Positions 51,497-61,206 of a stretch of DNA of 64,000 nucleotides are shown in pieces. How positions within the stretch are numbered: the stretch's first letter is position 1; every line of letters starts with the position of its first letter. Made by a program: the position numbers and the translations under genes. This DNA comes from a virus. The DNA lies in IMG/VR virus record IMGVR_UViG_3300045988_126851, positions 19,646 to 83,645 of that record; one strand, 5' to 3'. The notes beneath the pieces were generated by a model. That model was not told the origin of the DNA and did not search any database. It worked only from the letters and a program-made list of their open reading frames with translations.

Positions 51497-53395
51497 CTAT
51501 TTCTTATTTTCTTGGTTCTTTTGAAGAAGTTTTCGAGCAGCATCTAGATAGTTATATCGATCTTTATACTTATCCACATATTTTTTAGGAGCTTCTCTAA
51601 CTTGAACTTTCTGGTCTAGAACTACTCCATTACTAGTAACAGTTTCAGTAGTTACTACTGTACCCATAGTACTTTTTACAGGATCATCTGCATAAGCTTC
51701 ATTCCAAGCTCTAACATTAGATACCTGATCACCGACAGTTTTAGCTCCTGCAAATTTATTTCCTTTACTTTTATCTGCAAGCTGAGTAGAGTAGTAGGTT
51801 ACTTCTTGTTCGGTAAAATTAACCTGAACCCCAGTTTCACCGTTGTTGTTATCTAGATCTTTACCGAGAGAAGTAGTGGCATTCTTCTTTTGGCCATTAG
51901 CCATCATATCCTTAGTATTAAGAGTTGCCTTAGTAGTAGAACTACCACTCTTAGCACCATTCTTAATAAGTTCTAATTGGCAAGTATAACCCATACCCGC
52001 ATCCATCATATGAGTACACTTTTTGATATACCAAGCTCCTGACCACTTTCTACCAATATTATCGATTACCAATATCTGAGAGGATTCTAAGGAAGGTCTA
52101 CCCACTACTACCATCTGACATTCTTGTTTCCTCTCAGTATATTTCAAACCGTTATTAGCAGCAGATTGCATTGCTTTAGCCCAATTCTTAGCTCCTCCAA
52201 ACCTGTTGAATAAGTTGTGATAAAGTTTATAGATTGGTACATTATAAGCCACTTTCTTAAGCCTTCGGATTTTTACTTTTGCTTGAACAATTTTTCTTTC
52301 AAATTTTGAACCTTGTTCAATTTCACCTGCAGCATTTGTAGTAGTTTCTATACTAAGAGAATTGGGAACCACCTTGATCATTGGGTCCTTCTCTAAAGCA
52401 GCCATACCTCTTTGAACACTGGGGTTTTTACTACCATCGGTTCCAAAAGCCACTTCATCAGAAGAATCTCCAGTAGGATCAAATTCTCGAGGATCTACCT
52501 CTTCTTCAGCCATGTATTCCATTTTCTGATCACCTACAAAGAGGTATTTACTACCATTCAAGGCCTCTTTAATATCGGATTCTGGATCTTTACCAGATTT
52601 TTTAGCTCTATCCAAAGCCTGAGTAACGGCCTTTTGTTTATTGCTGGGTAATTGCTTAACAGCAGTAGAAATAGCTTTATCCAGATCTTGATTACTGAGA
52701 TTATTTATTGCAGCTTCTTTACCAGATTTGTAAGCTGCTGCAGGACCCTCGGATTCGAATTCTCTTAGAGAACTATTGAACTTCATTTGCTTTTCCTTAG
52801 CTGCCCAGTGATCTGTATTCTTGCCTTTGTATTCAAAATATGGAGCATCAGTAGGAGCACTTCTATAATCCTCAAATTCATTACTGGCATAGTTAGATAC
52901 CTGAGTATTATCTACTGATTGAATATAAGGATTCTCTTGTTTTGGGTCAGGCTCCTTTATTTCAGAAGTACCTACTACTAAGTCTTTACCCTCTGGGTCT
53001 ATAGTTTGGGTTAATTGAAACTTTACCCTTTTGGTAACTTCCCGAGTAGTAAAGGATATACTTAATACCTCGCCATTCTCTTGTTGATAGGCATAATGAT
53101 GATAGGGTTCTTCGTTAAATTTACGATTGTGTATGTATATAACCCCATCCCTTGAATCTACATACCAAGGCCCATTGGGATATGATGAAAACTTTTGCTC
53201 CAATTGGATTAACACATTGTTACCAGCTAATCCGAAATCATCATCCAAAAGTTCCTTTATATCATCGGGCATAGCTACTTGAGCTACTCCACTAAAAGAG
53301 TTAGCATAGAGTATCTTTCCGGATGATTTTTGATTATCATAAGTAGGCACCTGTAGTGACTCGTATACTTTATTACTTATAATTTGTTTAGCCAT
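51497..53395 (-). CDS. baseplate hub protein, gpD/Mu gp44-like (tentative)
   Basis: 632 aa upstream of the V-like gene. The C-terminal WSGAWYIKKCTHMMDAGMGYTCQLELI resembles the gpD C-terminus. Confidence 0.45.
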   Translation of the reverse strand: MAKQIISNKVYESLQVPTYDNQKSSGKILYANSFSGVAQVAMPDDIKELLDDDFGLAGNNVLIQLEQKFSSYPNGPWYVDSRDGVIYIHNRKFNEEPYHHYAYQQENGEVLSISFTTREVTKRVKFQLTQTIDPEGKDLVVGTSEIKEPDPKQENPYIQSVDNTQVSNYASNEFEDYRSAPTDAPYFEYKGKNTDHWAAKEKQMKFNSSLREFESEGPAAAYKSGKEAAINNLSNQDLDKAISTAVKQLPSNKQKAVTQALDRAKKSGKDPESDIKEALNGSKYLFVGDQKMEYMAEEEVDPREFDPTGDSSDEVAFGTDGSKNPSVQRGMAALEKDPMIKVVPNSLSIETTTNAAGEIEQGSKFERKIVQAKVKIRRLKKVAYNVPIYKLYHNLFNRFGGAKNWAKAMQSAANNGLKYTERKQECQMVVVGRPSLESSQILVIDNIGRKWSGAWYIKKCTHMMDAGMGYTCQLELIKNGAKSGSSTTKATLNTKDMMANGQKKNATTSLGKDLDNNNGETGVQVNFTEQEVTYYSTQLADKSKGNKFAGAKTVGDQVSNVRAWNEAYADDPVKSTMGTVVTTETVTSNGVVLDQKVQVREAPKKYVDKYKDRYNYLDAARKLLQKNQENKK

Positions 53396-53889
53396 TACTG
53401 AAATAACTCTATGATTATACCCGTATTATTGTTACATCCCTCTTCTATAAACTTAGAGAATTTATATTGAGGCAAATCAGAGTAAGTGTAAGGCGGTTGG
53501 AATCTTAAATCTCCAACTGAATCTATACACTTTATAGTTACATGAGTACCAGTAGAATCAAAAATACAATCGAAATCTCTAATCTTAATGGTCTTAATAG
53601 GCCCAGAAATAAATTGCCCATCTGGGTATACGTATCCCCATTGAAGAAAGATAACAGATCCCTCTTGTAATTCTGGTATATCTACGGTATCTGGATCTCC
53701 AGTATCAAATACTAAAGTAGCCAGATTCTCTTTTTCTTCATCATACATATAAGTAAATTTACTTATATACGCTCCAAGAGGTATACCAGTAATGGTATTC
53801 ATTACCGGCATACCCAGGGAATCGAACAAAGCCAAGTAAGGCATGGCTGTTCCATTATATAATATAGGCTGGTTTACTTTAGTTGCCAT
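53395..53889 (-). CDS. tail/baseplate-associated protein
   Basis: 164-aa ORF translationally coupled within the baseplate operon. Confidence 0.45.
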   Translation of the reverse strand: MATKVNQPILYNGTAMPYLALFDSLGMPVMNTITGIPLGAYISKFTYMYDEEKENLATLVFDTGDPDTVDIPELQEGSVIFLQWGYVYPDGQFISGPIKTIKIRDFDCIFDSTGTHVTIKCIDSVGDLRFQPPYTYSDLPQYKFSKFIEEGCNNNTGIIIELFQ

Positions 53890-54169
53890 ACATTGGAATC
53901 CTTAAAAGTTTACCTGGAACTACTTCGGTAAATGGGTCGATAATCTGATTAGCTTCAGCTATTAAATACCACTTACCTGAATCTCCATAAGCAGCAAAGG
54001 CAATGTTCTGAAGAGTTTCTCCTTCTTTGATTGTATGCTGTTTATCCTTTGAAGTATAGGGAACTAATGGAAGATCAGTCTCTAAAGAGTATTCTCCATC
54101 CCTATATTTCAATACATAGGACGAATCATAAGGGCTAGCTCCAGTTAAGTACTGATTTAAATTTATCAT
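53879..54169 (-). CDS. LysM-domain tail protein (P2 gpX-like)
   Basis: HTIKEGETLQNIAFAAYGDSGKWYLIAEANQIIDPFTEVVPGKLLRIP is a LysM motif. The gene is small and sits in the tail module. Confidence 0.75.
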   Translation of the reverse strand: MINLNQYLTGASPYDSSYVLKYRDGEYSLETDLPLVPYTSKDKQHTIKEGETLQNIAFAAYGDSGKWYLIAEANQIIDPFTEVVPGKLLRIPMYGN

Positions 54170-55101
54170 ATCTGAATACCTTTCGTTTTCTTTAAGTCCC
54201 CATCAGTAACAAAATCCCGATAGGATAAGTTGTATGAACTAACTCTCTTAAATATCAACTCTTGAGTAGCAGTACTGGGAGTTAATCCCAAACTTACTAT
54301 CTCTTGAGAAGGTTTACCATTAGAGTCTCTCTTTCGATAAGCATTCCTAAAATTCGATAGAGAATAGGTTGCCGAAGTGAGTATGTACTTATGGTTAATG
54401 AAGATACCTGAATTACCCCATTGAATCATTAAGATTGGGGGGCCTGCTTGATAACCATTAGACTTAGTCCAGGATTCTAATAACCTACATTTGAATAATA
54501 CCTCATTAGGATTTTCTGGATCATTACAGAACCAAGAGATATTGAATTGAATTATATCCTCGGATCCAGTAAAGTGATACATAGGAGTATTTCTCCCCAT
54601 AGACTTAATTGTAGCTAAGGTAGATTCTCCTCGGAAATCCAAAGAAGAAGGTCTGTTCTGTAATATAATATATTGATAAGGTGATTTGGATAAGTTATAG
54701 ATGATCACTTGATTATCTCCAGGATTCCTATCTACTTCATTTACAAAGAAAGCAGTTTTCTTTTCTGAAGCAGATTGACCCTTTGCTGGATCTGGGCCAT
54801 CCTCTACTTTTACCAAGCTAGTCAATTCATGTTTTAAGATTAACCTATATTGACCCTGTAGCTGTTCGTTTATCTTAGGTTGTTTAGAAGAAACTTGAGC
54901 TTCTCCAAATACCCCATTGGGTATATATAATTTACCCTTATCAGCTTTATCTTTTGGTAAAAGAGAAGTAGCTCGGTTTAGTAATATCCGAGCTCTCCAT
55001 AATTTATTAAGGGGCCCAGTAAGAACTCCAGCAGTATCTTGGGTAAGATCATTATATTTTTTAACAATCTTACCGGCTGCTTGGTTTAATATTCTTGCCA
55101 T
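54166..55101 (-). CDS. tail protein downstream of the tape measure (distal-tail / DNA-circulation-type position)
   Basis: 311-aa ORF. The assignment rests on synteny only. Confidence 0.45.
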   Translation of the reverse strand: MARILNQAAGKIVKKYNDLTQDTAGVLTGPLNKLWRARILLNRATSLLPKDKADKGKLYIPNGVFGEAQVSSKQPKINEQLQGQYRLILKHELTSLVKVEDGPDPAKGQSASEKKTAFFVNEVDRNPGDNQVIIYNLSKSPYQYIILQNRPSSLDFRGESTLATIKSMGRNTPMYHFTGSEDIIQFNISWFCNDPENPNEVLFKCRLLESWTKSNGYQAGPPILMIQWGNSGIFINHKYILTSATYSLSNFRNAYRKRDSNGKPSQEIVSLGLTPSTATQELIFKRVSSYNLSYRDFVTDGDLKKTKGIQI

Positions 55102-55114
55102 AATTGAATGTATT

Positions 55115-57130
55115 TTAATTTATGCCCAATAATGTACCACCAGTATAATCATTAGAAGTTCCAGGAGTCCAAGTACCTACTGACTCACCATCTACTGTAA
55201 TGCCAATATTAGATTCTTTGAAACCATCCCTGATTGCTACCTTAACTGCATCAATAAAAGCCTGTTGATTACGAGCCTGAATAGCAGCTTCAGGGAGTCT
55301 CCGGGATTCCTCAAGAGCTCTAGTATTACTATCCAAAGAATCTGAGTTTTTATCTAATAGGCTAGTTAATAAAGGAACTCCAATGGTAAATGCCCATCCC
55401 CATCCAGGAAGTATTTTACCCAATGTACTCACAGCAGTTAAAGCTGTACCTACACCCTTAATAACTCCCTTACTTAAGCCTTTACTAAGAGCCCATCGAG
55501 CAAATTTAGAAGTACCTCCTGCAAGTAAACTACCGCCTCCTACCATTCTAGATCCAGCTCCTGAACCATTGCCTCCACTAATATTACCCGCCATAGGATC
55601 AAAGGGATCGAAAATAGTTTTAGGAACCTTAGCATATCTACCAGTTTTTGTCCAGATCCATTGACCTGCACTATTCCGTGATAAACCTGCCATCTGCATT
55701 TGTAAGATAAGTATATCCCTCATGATATTACCTATCCTTACTAAGTGCATTTCCATAATGGCAAACTGTTGGTTAGTTCTAGAAGTAGCTCCAGTCATAC
55801 CATTGGCTACGGTATTAGCTGCTGCATGGAAAGTTCTGATCATCCTGAGAGTCATAGCTATAGTACGATAGCCATTAACTATAACAGTAACAGCAGCTCC
55901 TACAGCCATAGTCTGAATAAGGAATTTGCCCATACCTCCTAAGCTAGCTAATTTATCTGCTAGTTTAGTTAGGAATCTCAAGCTATCAACAATGGGATTA
56001 AATAGAGGAGCTAACTTATTACCTACCGTAACTACTAAGTTTTCAAAAGCAGAATTCATCTGGTCTAGCTTACCAGCCATGGTATTAAGCCTTTCTTCAT
56101 TCTTCTGATCTACGATGCCCTGATTCTTATCGTAGAGCCCCATGATAAGATTCATCTTATCTCTACCAGAAGCCATATCGTTAAGAATGGGTATAATACC
56201 TCGCATACCTCGAACTCCGAAGATATTATAGAAAGCCTGGGTTCTACCCATTGCAGTCATCTGCTTATAAGAATCAAGGAACTGTTGGAAAGCATTATAC
56301 AAACCCTTAAAACCACCCTGAGCATCATAGAAATCCTCAGAAGTTAATCCCAGTTCTTTTAACCAAGAGGAACCCAATTTTTTCTGTTCTGATAATGATA
56401 ACTGTAGGTTACGAACCATGTTACCTAATGAAGTACCAGCCATGGATCCTTGAATACCCATATCACCAAGTACACCAGTAGCAGCAGCTAATTCTCTCAG
56501 GCTAACACCAGCAGCTTTCATATCTGCTCCTGAATATCGGATAGTAGCTGCTAAGTCTTCCAAGCTTATATTAGCATTCGTAGTAGCTGTATACAAATCG
56601 TCGGATACTTTAGCAGCATCTCCCATTGGGATTTGGAACATAGACAGGATATTAGTCATCATATCAGCTACTCCACCTTTCCCACCTGGATCTATATTTA
56701 GGATGGAGGCTAGTTTAGCTACTGGAGGTATCATCTTCTCTATCGCATCAGCCTTATTACCAGCCATAGCTAAATAACGAGCAGCTGAAGAAACCTGCAT
56801 AGCCGTCAAAGGAGTTTCTTCATTCACCTGCTTGGCTACTTGCAATAACCTATTCTGTTCAGCTTGAGTAGCTCCAGCAATTTTAGAAGCCATCCAAATC
56901 TCATTCTGAACTCCAGCAGAATATTCATAGGCTCTATACATGCTCTTGAGCACCTGAGCTCCGTAATCTGCTAAGGATGAACCCGACATCTGAATACCTC
57001 TAGACCAGGTACTCATATCGTTCATCATCGTCTTAAACGAATTAGAGATCCTTCCCGACTCTTTAGAGAATTGGTCCCTTAGCACCATTGCTATACCAAC
57101 CTCAACTATATTTTTACCTGAATTGAACAT
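55115..57130 (-). CDS. tail tape-measure protein
   Basis: 671 aa, rich in Ala, Gly and Met, with helical and hydrophobic glycine-rich segments. It lies between the chaperone genes and the baseplate genes. Confidence 0.85.
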   Translation of the reverse strand: MFNSGKNIVEVGIAMVLRDQFSKESGRISNSFKTMMNDMSTWSRGIQMSGSSLADYGAQVLKSMYRAYEYSAGVQNEIWMASKIAGATQAEQNRLLQVAKQVNEETPLTAMQVSSAARYLAMAGNKADAIEKMIPPVAKLASILNIDPGGKGGVADMMTNILSMFQIPMGDAAKVSDDLYTATTNANISLEDLAATIRYSGADMKAAGVSLRELAAATGVLGDMGIQGSMAGTSLGNMVRNLQLSLSEQKKLGSSWLKELGLTSEDFYDAQGGFKGLYNAFQQFLDSYKQMTAMGRTQAFYNIFGVRGMRGIIPILNDMASGRDKMNLIMGLYDKNQGIVDQKNEERLNTMAGKLDQMNSAFENLVVTVGNKLAPLFNPIVDSLRFLTKLADKLASLGGMGKFLIQTMAVGAAVTVIVNGYRTIAMTLRMIRTFHAAANTVANGMTGATSRTNQQFAIMEMHLVRIGNIMRDILILQMQMAGLSRNSAGQWIWTKTGRYAKVPKTIFDPFDPMAGNISGGNGSGAGSRMVGGGSLLAGGTSKFARWALSKGLSKGVIKGVGTALTAVSTLGKILPGWGWAFTIGVPLLTSLLDKNSDSLDSNTRALEESRRLPEAAIQARNQQAFIDAVKVAIRDGFKESNIGITVDGESVGTWTPGTSNDYTGGTLLGIN

Positions 57131-57131
57131 A

Positions 57132-58039
57132 TTATTTGCCTTTGGATTTTTTCTCTATAAGTTTAAAATAAGCTTCGGCATTCTCTAAGAATCTTTTCCT
57201 TACCCTATACGGGAGAACTAAAAAGCTGAGATAATCCATTCTTATCTCAGCTCTACTTATATAAGCAAAATCGCCCTCTAAGTCTATTCTCCCGTCAGGA
57301 AGAAAAAATCTGGAGCTCCGAATATAAAGTATTTCGCAGTTTGACCGGTTTTCGGATTTTCGATTTCGGTATTACCCTGGAAGATTGGGTCTATAGCAAA
57401 TACCTCTCTTCTAATTTCCTGCATATCCCTTGGAGAGAACAAAGAGAAATTGAGTACCTTCTCATATTTATCATCTACTTTCAATCGAAGATTTCGATGA
57501 ATAAGAGGAGTATTTCTAGTTTGTTCTACTTGAATAGATTCTTTTTCACTTTCTCCAGTCATACAATCGAATAATAACTCTTTGCCTGAAGAAGTAAAGA
57601 TCTGGTGATCTCTTAATTTCTTACCCATCGGATAATAGGGGATAGCTTCGGGTTTTTTCTCAACTTCTTCTTCAGAAGGGGATACTGAGTAATCATCGAA
57701 CAGAAGTTCATGAAGATCTTGGCCATACATTACTTTACCCCCAAATTCTTTACCCCAATCGAATTCGAAGGATACTTCTTCTCCCAAAGAGAATATACGG
57801 GATTGAATAATAATGGCATACCTATCATTAACAGGAAGAGCAAGTGCATCTTCAACGCTTAGTTTTCCCTTAGCAGTAAAGTCAGTTTTTACTACGATTG
57901 CTGAAATAAACTTGGTAAGGTTCATCAGAGTTCTTGCATCTACCGGATTACTAAGGATGTCTTCATCTGCTCCATTTTGTTCCCGGATTTCATAGAAATA
58001 ACCAGAAGGAGCTACAAATCGAAAGGTTCTAAATTCCAT
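57132..58039 (-). CDS. predicted -1 frameshift-extended isoform of the tail assembly chaperone (~302 aa)
   Basis: The -1 frame is open from the slippery site (57302-57308) to a TAA at 57132-57134, immediately before the tape-measure ATG at 57130. Confidence 0.5.
57224..57252 (-). terminator. strong hairpin plus T-run inside the frameshift extension (attenuator or terminator?)
   Basis: AGCTGAGATAA (57224-57234) pairs with TTATCTCAGCT (57242-57252). On the minus strand it is followed by TTTTTAG. Confidence 0.4.
57284..58039 (-). CDS. tail assembly chaperone (gpG/gpE-like position)
   Basis: 251-aa ORF between the tube and the tape measure, carrying a slippery heptamer 4 codons before its stop. 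Confidence 0.6.
   Translation of the reverse strand: MEFRTFRFVAPSGYFYEIREQNGADEDILSNPVDARTLMNLTKFISAIVVKTDFTAKGKLSVEDALALPVNDRYAIIIQSRIFSLGEEVSFEFDWGKEFGGKVMYGQDLHELLFDDYSVSPSEEEVEKKPEAIPYYPMGKKLRDHQIFTSSGKELLFDCMTGESEKESIQVEQTRNTPLIHRNLRLKVDDKYEKVLNFSLFSPRDMQEIRREVFAIDPIFQGNTEIENPKTGQTAKYFIFGAPDFFFLTGE
57302..57308 (-). promoter_or_regulatory. -1 programmed ribosomal frameshift slippery heptamer T_TTT_TTC
   Basis: The minus strand reads GAT TTT TTC in the zero frame, giving the correct X_XXY_YYZ phasing. Confidence 0.6.
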
Positions 58040-58172
58040 AATGTTTTTGTTTATTTGGTTATACTTAAAATTATAGTTATGTTAAGGTTTAACAACAAGA
58101 AAGGGGTGAAGATACCCATAAGGAATCCCACCCCTCCCACCTAAAATCTTAGCAAAGAAAAATGACTAAAGA

Positions 58173-58637
58173 TTAGTACTTATCAGCTGTACCAACAGAG
58201 AATTCGATTGATTCAATTGAGTTTTCTGAAGCCATCCTATCGAGTTCTTGACCATTTACTTTGCATGGCCAAACCTCTTCGAAAAGGTGAGTGTTAAGTA
58301 CTGATACTCCATCTTCAGCAAGTTCATTTACTATTACGGTTTCCCAATATTGACTGGGTACCAAGCCTCCACCAACAATATGATCTTGGCAAGAATAAAG
58401 CCAATCATGAAGCCAAGTATCTGAACCAGAAGTGGTCATCAGTTTCTCTACTATCAGATTACCGATAGTAACTCTACCAGCAGTTTTAACATCTCTGTTA
58501 ATATCACCATGAGCTACCTGTTCTATCTCGATATCTGGCAAAGTACAAGTTTGAAACAGATATGTATTGATAGGGTGCTTAGGGAAGGTTATGCTCCATA
58601 AGAATTTCTTCCGAGGATTTTTTACTTTTGCTCCCAT
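58173..58637 (-). CDS. tail tube protein
   Basis: 154-aa ORF directly downstream of the sheath gene. Size and synteny are typical of contractile tails. Confidence 0.7.
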   Translation of the reverse strand: MGAKVKNPRKKFLWSITFPKHPINTYLFQTCTLPDIEIEQVAHGDINRDVKTAGRVTIGNLIVEKLMTTSGSDTWLHDWLYSCQDHIVGGGLVPSQYWETVIVNELAEDGVSVLNTHLFEEVWPCKVNGQELDRMASENSIESIEFSVGTADKY

Positions 58638-58649
58638 ATATCTTAGAGT

Positions 58650-60437
58650 TTATTGATTAGACGAATCTTCTGAAATAGAAACTGATTTAGATGCAGAATC
58701 GATTACTATGTTAATTGTAACTTCTTGCATAGGAACGATATCCTTATATTTAAGGATCACTTTATATTTACCCTGACGAACATCAGCTTCATTATTTACT
58801 GAAAGCTGATCATAAGAGGAAGCATCCTGGTCACCCATATAGGTATATTCTGACATGGCATCTTCATCTACCAAGTTATCCAAGATAGGTTTAATTTCCA
58901 GCCAGATCTTATTCCAAGTGTTCCAAATATTGGGTTCTTCAAGATACTTTTGGAAAATGGGTCTTAAGCTCTTCTTAAGGTAAAGATTCAACCGAACGAT
59001 AGAAAGGAATCTCTCTGAATCTTGTTTTACCTGTGAGGTAAATAAGTGCCAAAGCATAGTCTGTTTACCAGCATCTGGAGTATCCTTAATTACCATCATA
59101 TTAACATAGGATTGAGCCAATTCGTTCAGATCTGCATATCGAGAAGGAGAACCATAGTTCGGGCATACTGGACCTACAGCATCATAGATTACTCCACGGT
59201 TCATACCCGCAAAGGATTTCCAAGGACCATATTGAGAAGCAGAAGCATCTCCCAATCCCACTACAGTTCCTACTACATCTGAATCTTGGAGATTACCGTT
59301 TTCATTGTAGTATTTAAGACCACCTCCAAAATAGGCAATATACTTAGAGTTACCGATTGTACCCAAACAGGTTTCAACCCAGGAGATTATATTCTTCTTA
59401 TCTCTTGGCTGATCGCCTTGAGTATAGTGAGTAAGGTGTTTGGGAACTTCGATGTAATAAGTATACTCTTCGAGTTCCTTAACCATATCTGCAGCAGCCT
59501 TATGTACCTTAAGTACTTCAGCATCCTGTTCCAAATGTTGAGAGATATGGGAACAGAAAAGTTGGTATACATCGGTATAATCCTTTACGAATTCCAATGA
59601 AGCAATCCATTCGTCGGCAGTCGGTGTAGTACCGGCATTACCAATGGTACCATCGAAAGATACTTCTTCGTTAGTTACCTCTTTTTCTCCGATAGTAATA
59701 ATTATCTTATCTTTACTACCATCTACAGAATTAGTTAACCACTGAATCAGATTCTCCCATGATTTAATACCTTCTACGGTTTCAGTCATCTTCGGTTCGA
59801 TATACTGGGAATTCTTAGCAAATGCCGAGAGAGCCAAGTAATCGAAAGAAGTATTATTGAGAGAGTCTGCAGTTTTATAAGTGAGTACTGGACCTTGTTC
59901 GAGGATCTCACCAGTAGCTCCATAGATCACATAGTAAATGGTATTAAATTGTTTATAGAAACCCACTCTAAAAGTTTCTCCAGTACCAATGGGATCTCCA
60001 TAGCCTTTAGTTACTAATCCAAATCCTACGGTAGTAGAACCTGAGGTAATCTTTACCAAGGTTTGAGGAGTAACTGGGTCTGGGGTAGATGAAGCTACTA
60101 CTGGAGATTCTTCTTTATCTGAAGCAGGCTTCAATCTTCTGGCAGATTCACGAGTAGCTTTTACTACACCCTTAGTGGCACCTTTACCAAGTACTCGAAT
60201 AATACGCAGCTTTGAACCACCTACAAGTGCCTTTTCGATATTTGATACAGAACCATCAGGTACTATCTCTTTTCCAAATTGTCTTTGGAATTGAGGATAG
60301 GAAGAGATGATTTCTGAGGGGTCATCGTATACACCTTTAGTAGTTCTAGCCAATACACAAGAAACTCCTAACATAGGAGTAGTCTGCAGAACATTATTGT
60401 TCTGAAAGACAAAATCAACATGAGGTGAAGTTGGCAT
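58650..60437 (-). CDS. contractile tail sheath protein
   Basis: 595-aa ORF upstream of the tube, in the order sheath, tube, chaperone, tape measure. Confidence 0.75.
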   Translation of the reverse strand: MPTSPHVDFVFQNNNVLQTTPMLGVSCVLARTTKGVYDDPSEIISSYPQFQRQFGKEIVPDGSVSNIEKALVGGSKLRIIRVLGKGATKGVVKATRESARRLKPASDKEESPVVASSTPDPVTPQTLVKITSGSTTVGFGLVTKGYGDPIGTGETFRVGFYKQFNTIYYVIYGATGEILEQGPVLTYKTADSLNNTSFDYLALSAFAKNSQYIEPKMTETVEGIKSWENLIQWLTNSVDGSKDKIIITIGEKEVTNEEVSFDGTIGNAGTTPTADEWIASLEFVKDYTDVYQLFCSHISQHLEQDAEVLKVHKAAADMVKELEEYTYYIEVPKHLTHYTQGDQPRDKKNIISWVETCLGTIGNSKYIAYFGGGLKYYNENGNLQDSDVVGTVVGLGDASASQYGPWKSFAGMNRGVIYDAVGPVCPNYGSPSRYADLNELAQSYVNMMVIKDTPDAGKQTMLWHLFTSQVKQDSERFLSIVRLNLYLKKSLRPIFQKYLEEPNIWNTWNKIWLEIKPILDNLVDEDAMSEYTYMGDQDASSYDQLSVNNEADVRQGKYKVILKYKDIVPMQEVTINIVIDSASKSVSISEDSSNQ

Positions 60438-60474
60438 ATTACTTGTTTTTAAAAGTTAGTTACTTGTTTATTTA

Positions 60475-60498
60475 AAACCGATAAGTATCGCTCGGTTT
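60475..60498 (-). terminator. possible hairpin overlapping the stop of 60497..61198
   Basis: AAACCGA (60475-60481) pairs with TCGGTTT (60492-60498). Confidence 0.3.
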
Positions 60499-61198
60499 AG
60501 CTTACTAGATGTAAGTTGAGCATTCCTTCTTCTTTTTCTTCGATTGTGCCAATTAGAACCGATATATCTGTAATAGGTACAAGTTCTCCATCTCCAGGAA
60601 TCTTTTCCTCAAGAAGACCATCTACGCAAGTGTATTGATATACCTTCTCTAATATACCATGTTCTACATCTTGGTGATCATAATAGTTACCTATCTCTAT
60701 ATACAGATTACCAGTAGGACCTACTCGCCCTGAAGACCATTCTTCTAGATCATTATAATAGGGTTTTAAGTAACCTCTTGAAGGTAAAGCTTGGTACATG
60801 AGGCTATGGAGTAACCTCATATCTGGCTGGGTATTTGCTACCAAGTGAACATCAATAGTTATATCTTTAGTTTCGAAAGGAAACTCTGATGCTTGGTAGT
60901 TACCATTCTCTAACTTATCTCCTATTATAAATTTCTCTACTCCAATATTACCAGGATAATATCCCTGTAACTCTAAAGTGATTCTTGGGCAAGTTTTTAT
61001 ACCTCGTACTTGATTATTACCTATTCCGAAAATTGGGATGAATTTCTTTAAACCCCTTATATCGGCCTCAAACTTTTTCTCATTTTCGGGAGATACAGGT
61101 AAATAATCTTGGGGATTAACAGTTAATCCTTTTTCTAAAGCAGTATGTAGTAAACTTATATAGAAAGTTCTTTCTACGATTTCTTCTGTATTTACCAT
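60497..61198 (-). CDS. virion (neck or tail-terminator region) protein, function unknown
   Basis: The track ORF extends to 61300. The ATG at 61198 (MVNTEEIVERTFY...) follows the upstream stop at 61207 without overlap. Confidence 0.5.
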   Translation of the reverse strand: MVNTEEIVERTFYISLLHTALEKGLTVNPQDYLPVSPENEKKFEADIRGLKKFIPIFGIGNNQVRGIKTCPRITLELQGYYPGNIGVEKFIIGDKLENGNYQASEFPFETKDITIDVHLVANTQPDMRLLHSLMYQALPSRGYLKPYYNDLEEWSSGRVGPTGNLYIEIGNYYDHQDVEHGILEKVYQYTCVDGLLEEKIPGDGELVPITDISVLIGTIEEKEEGMLNLHLVS

Positions 61199-61206
61199 AG
61201 AAATCT

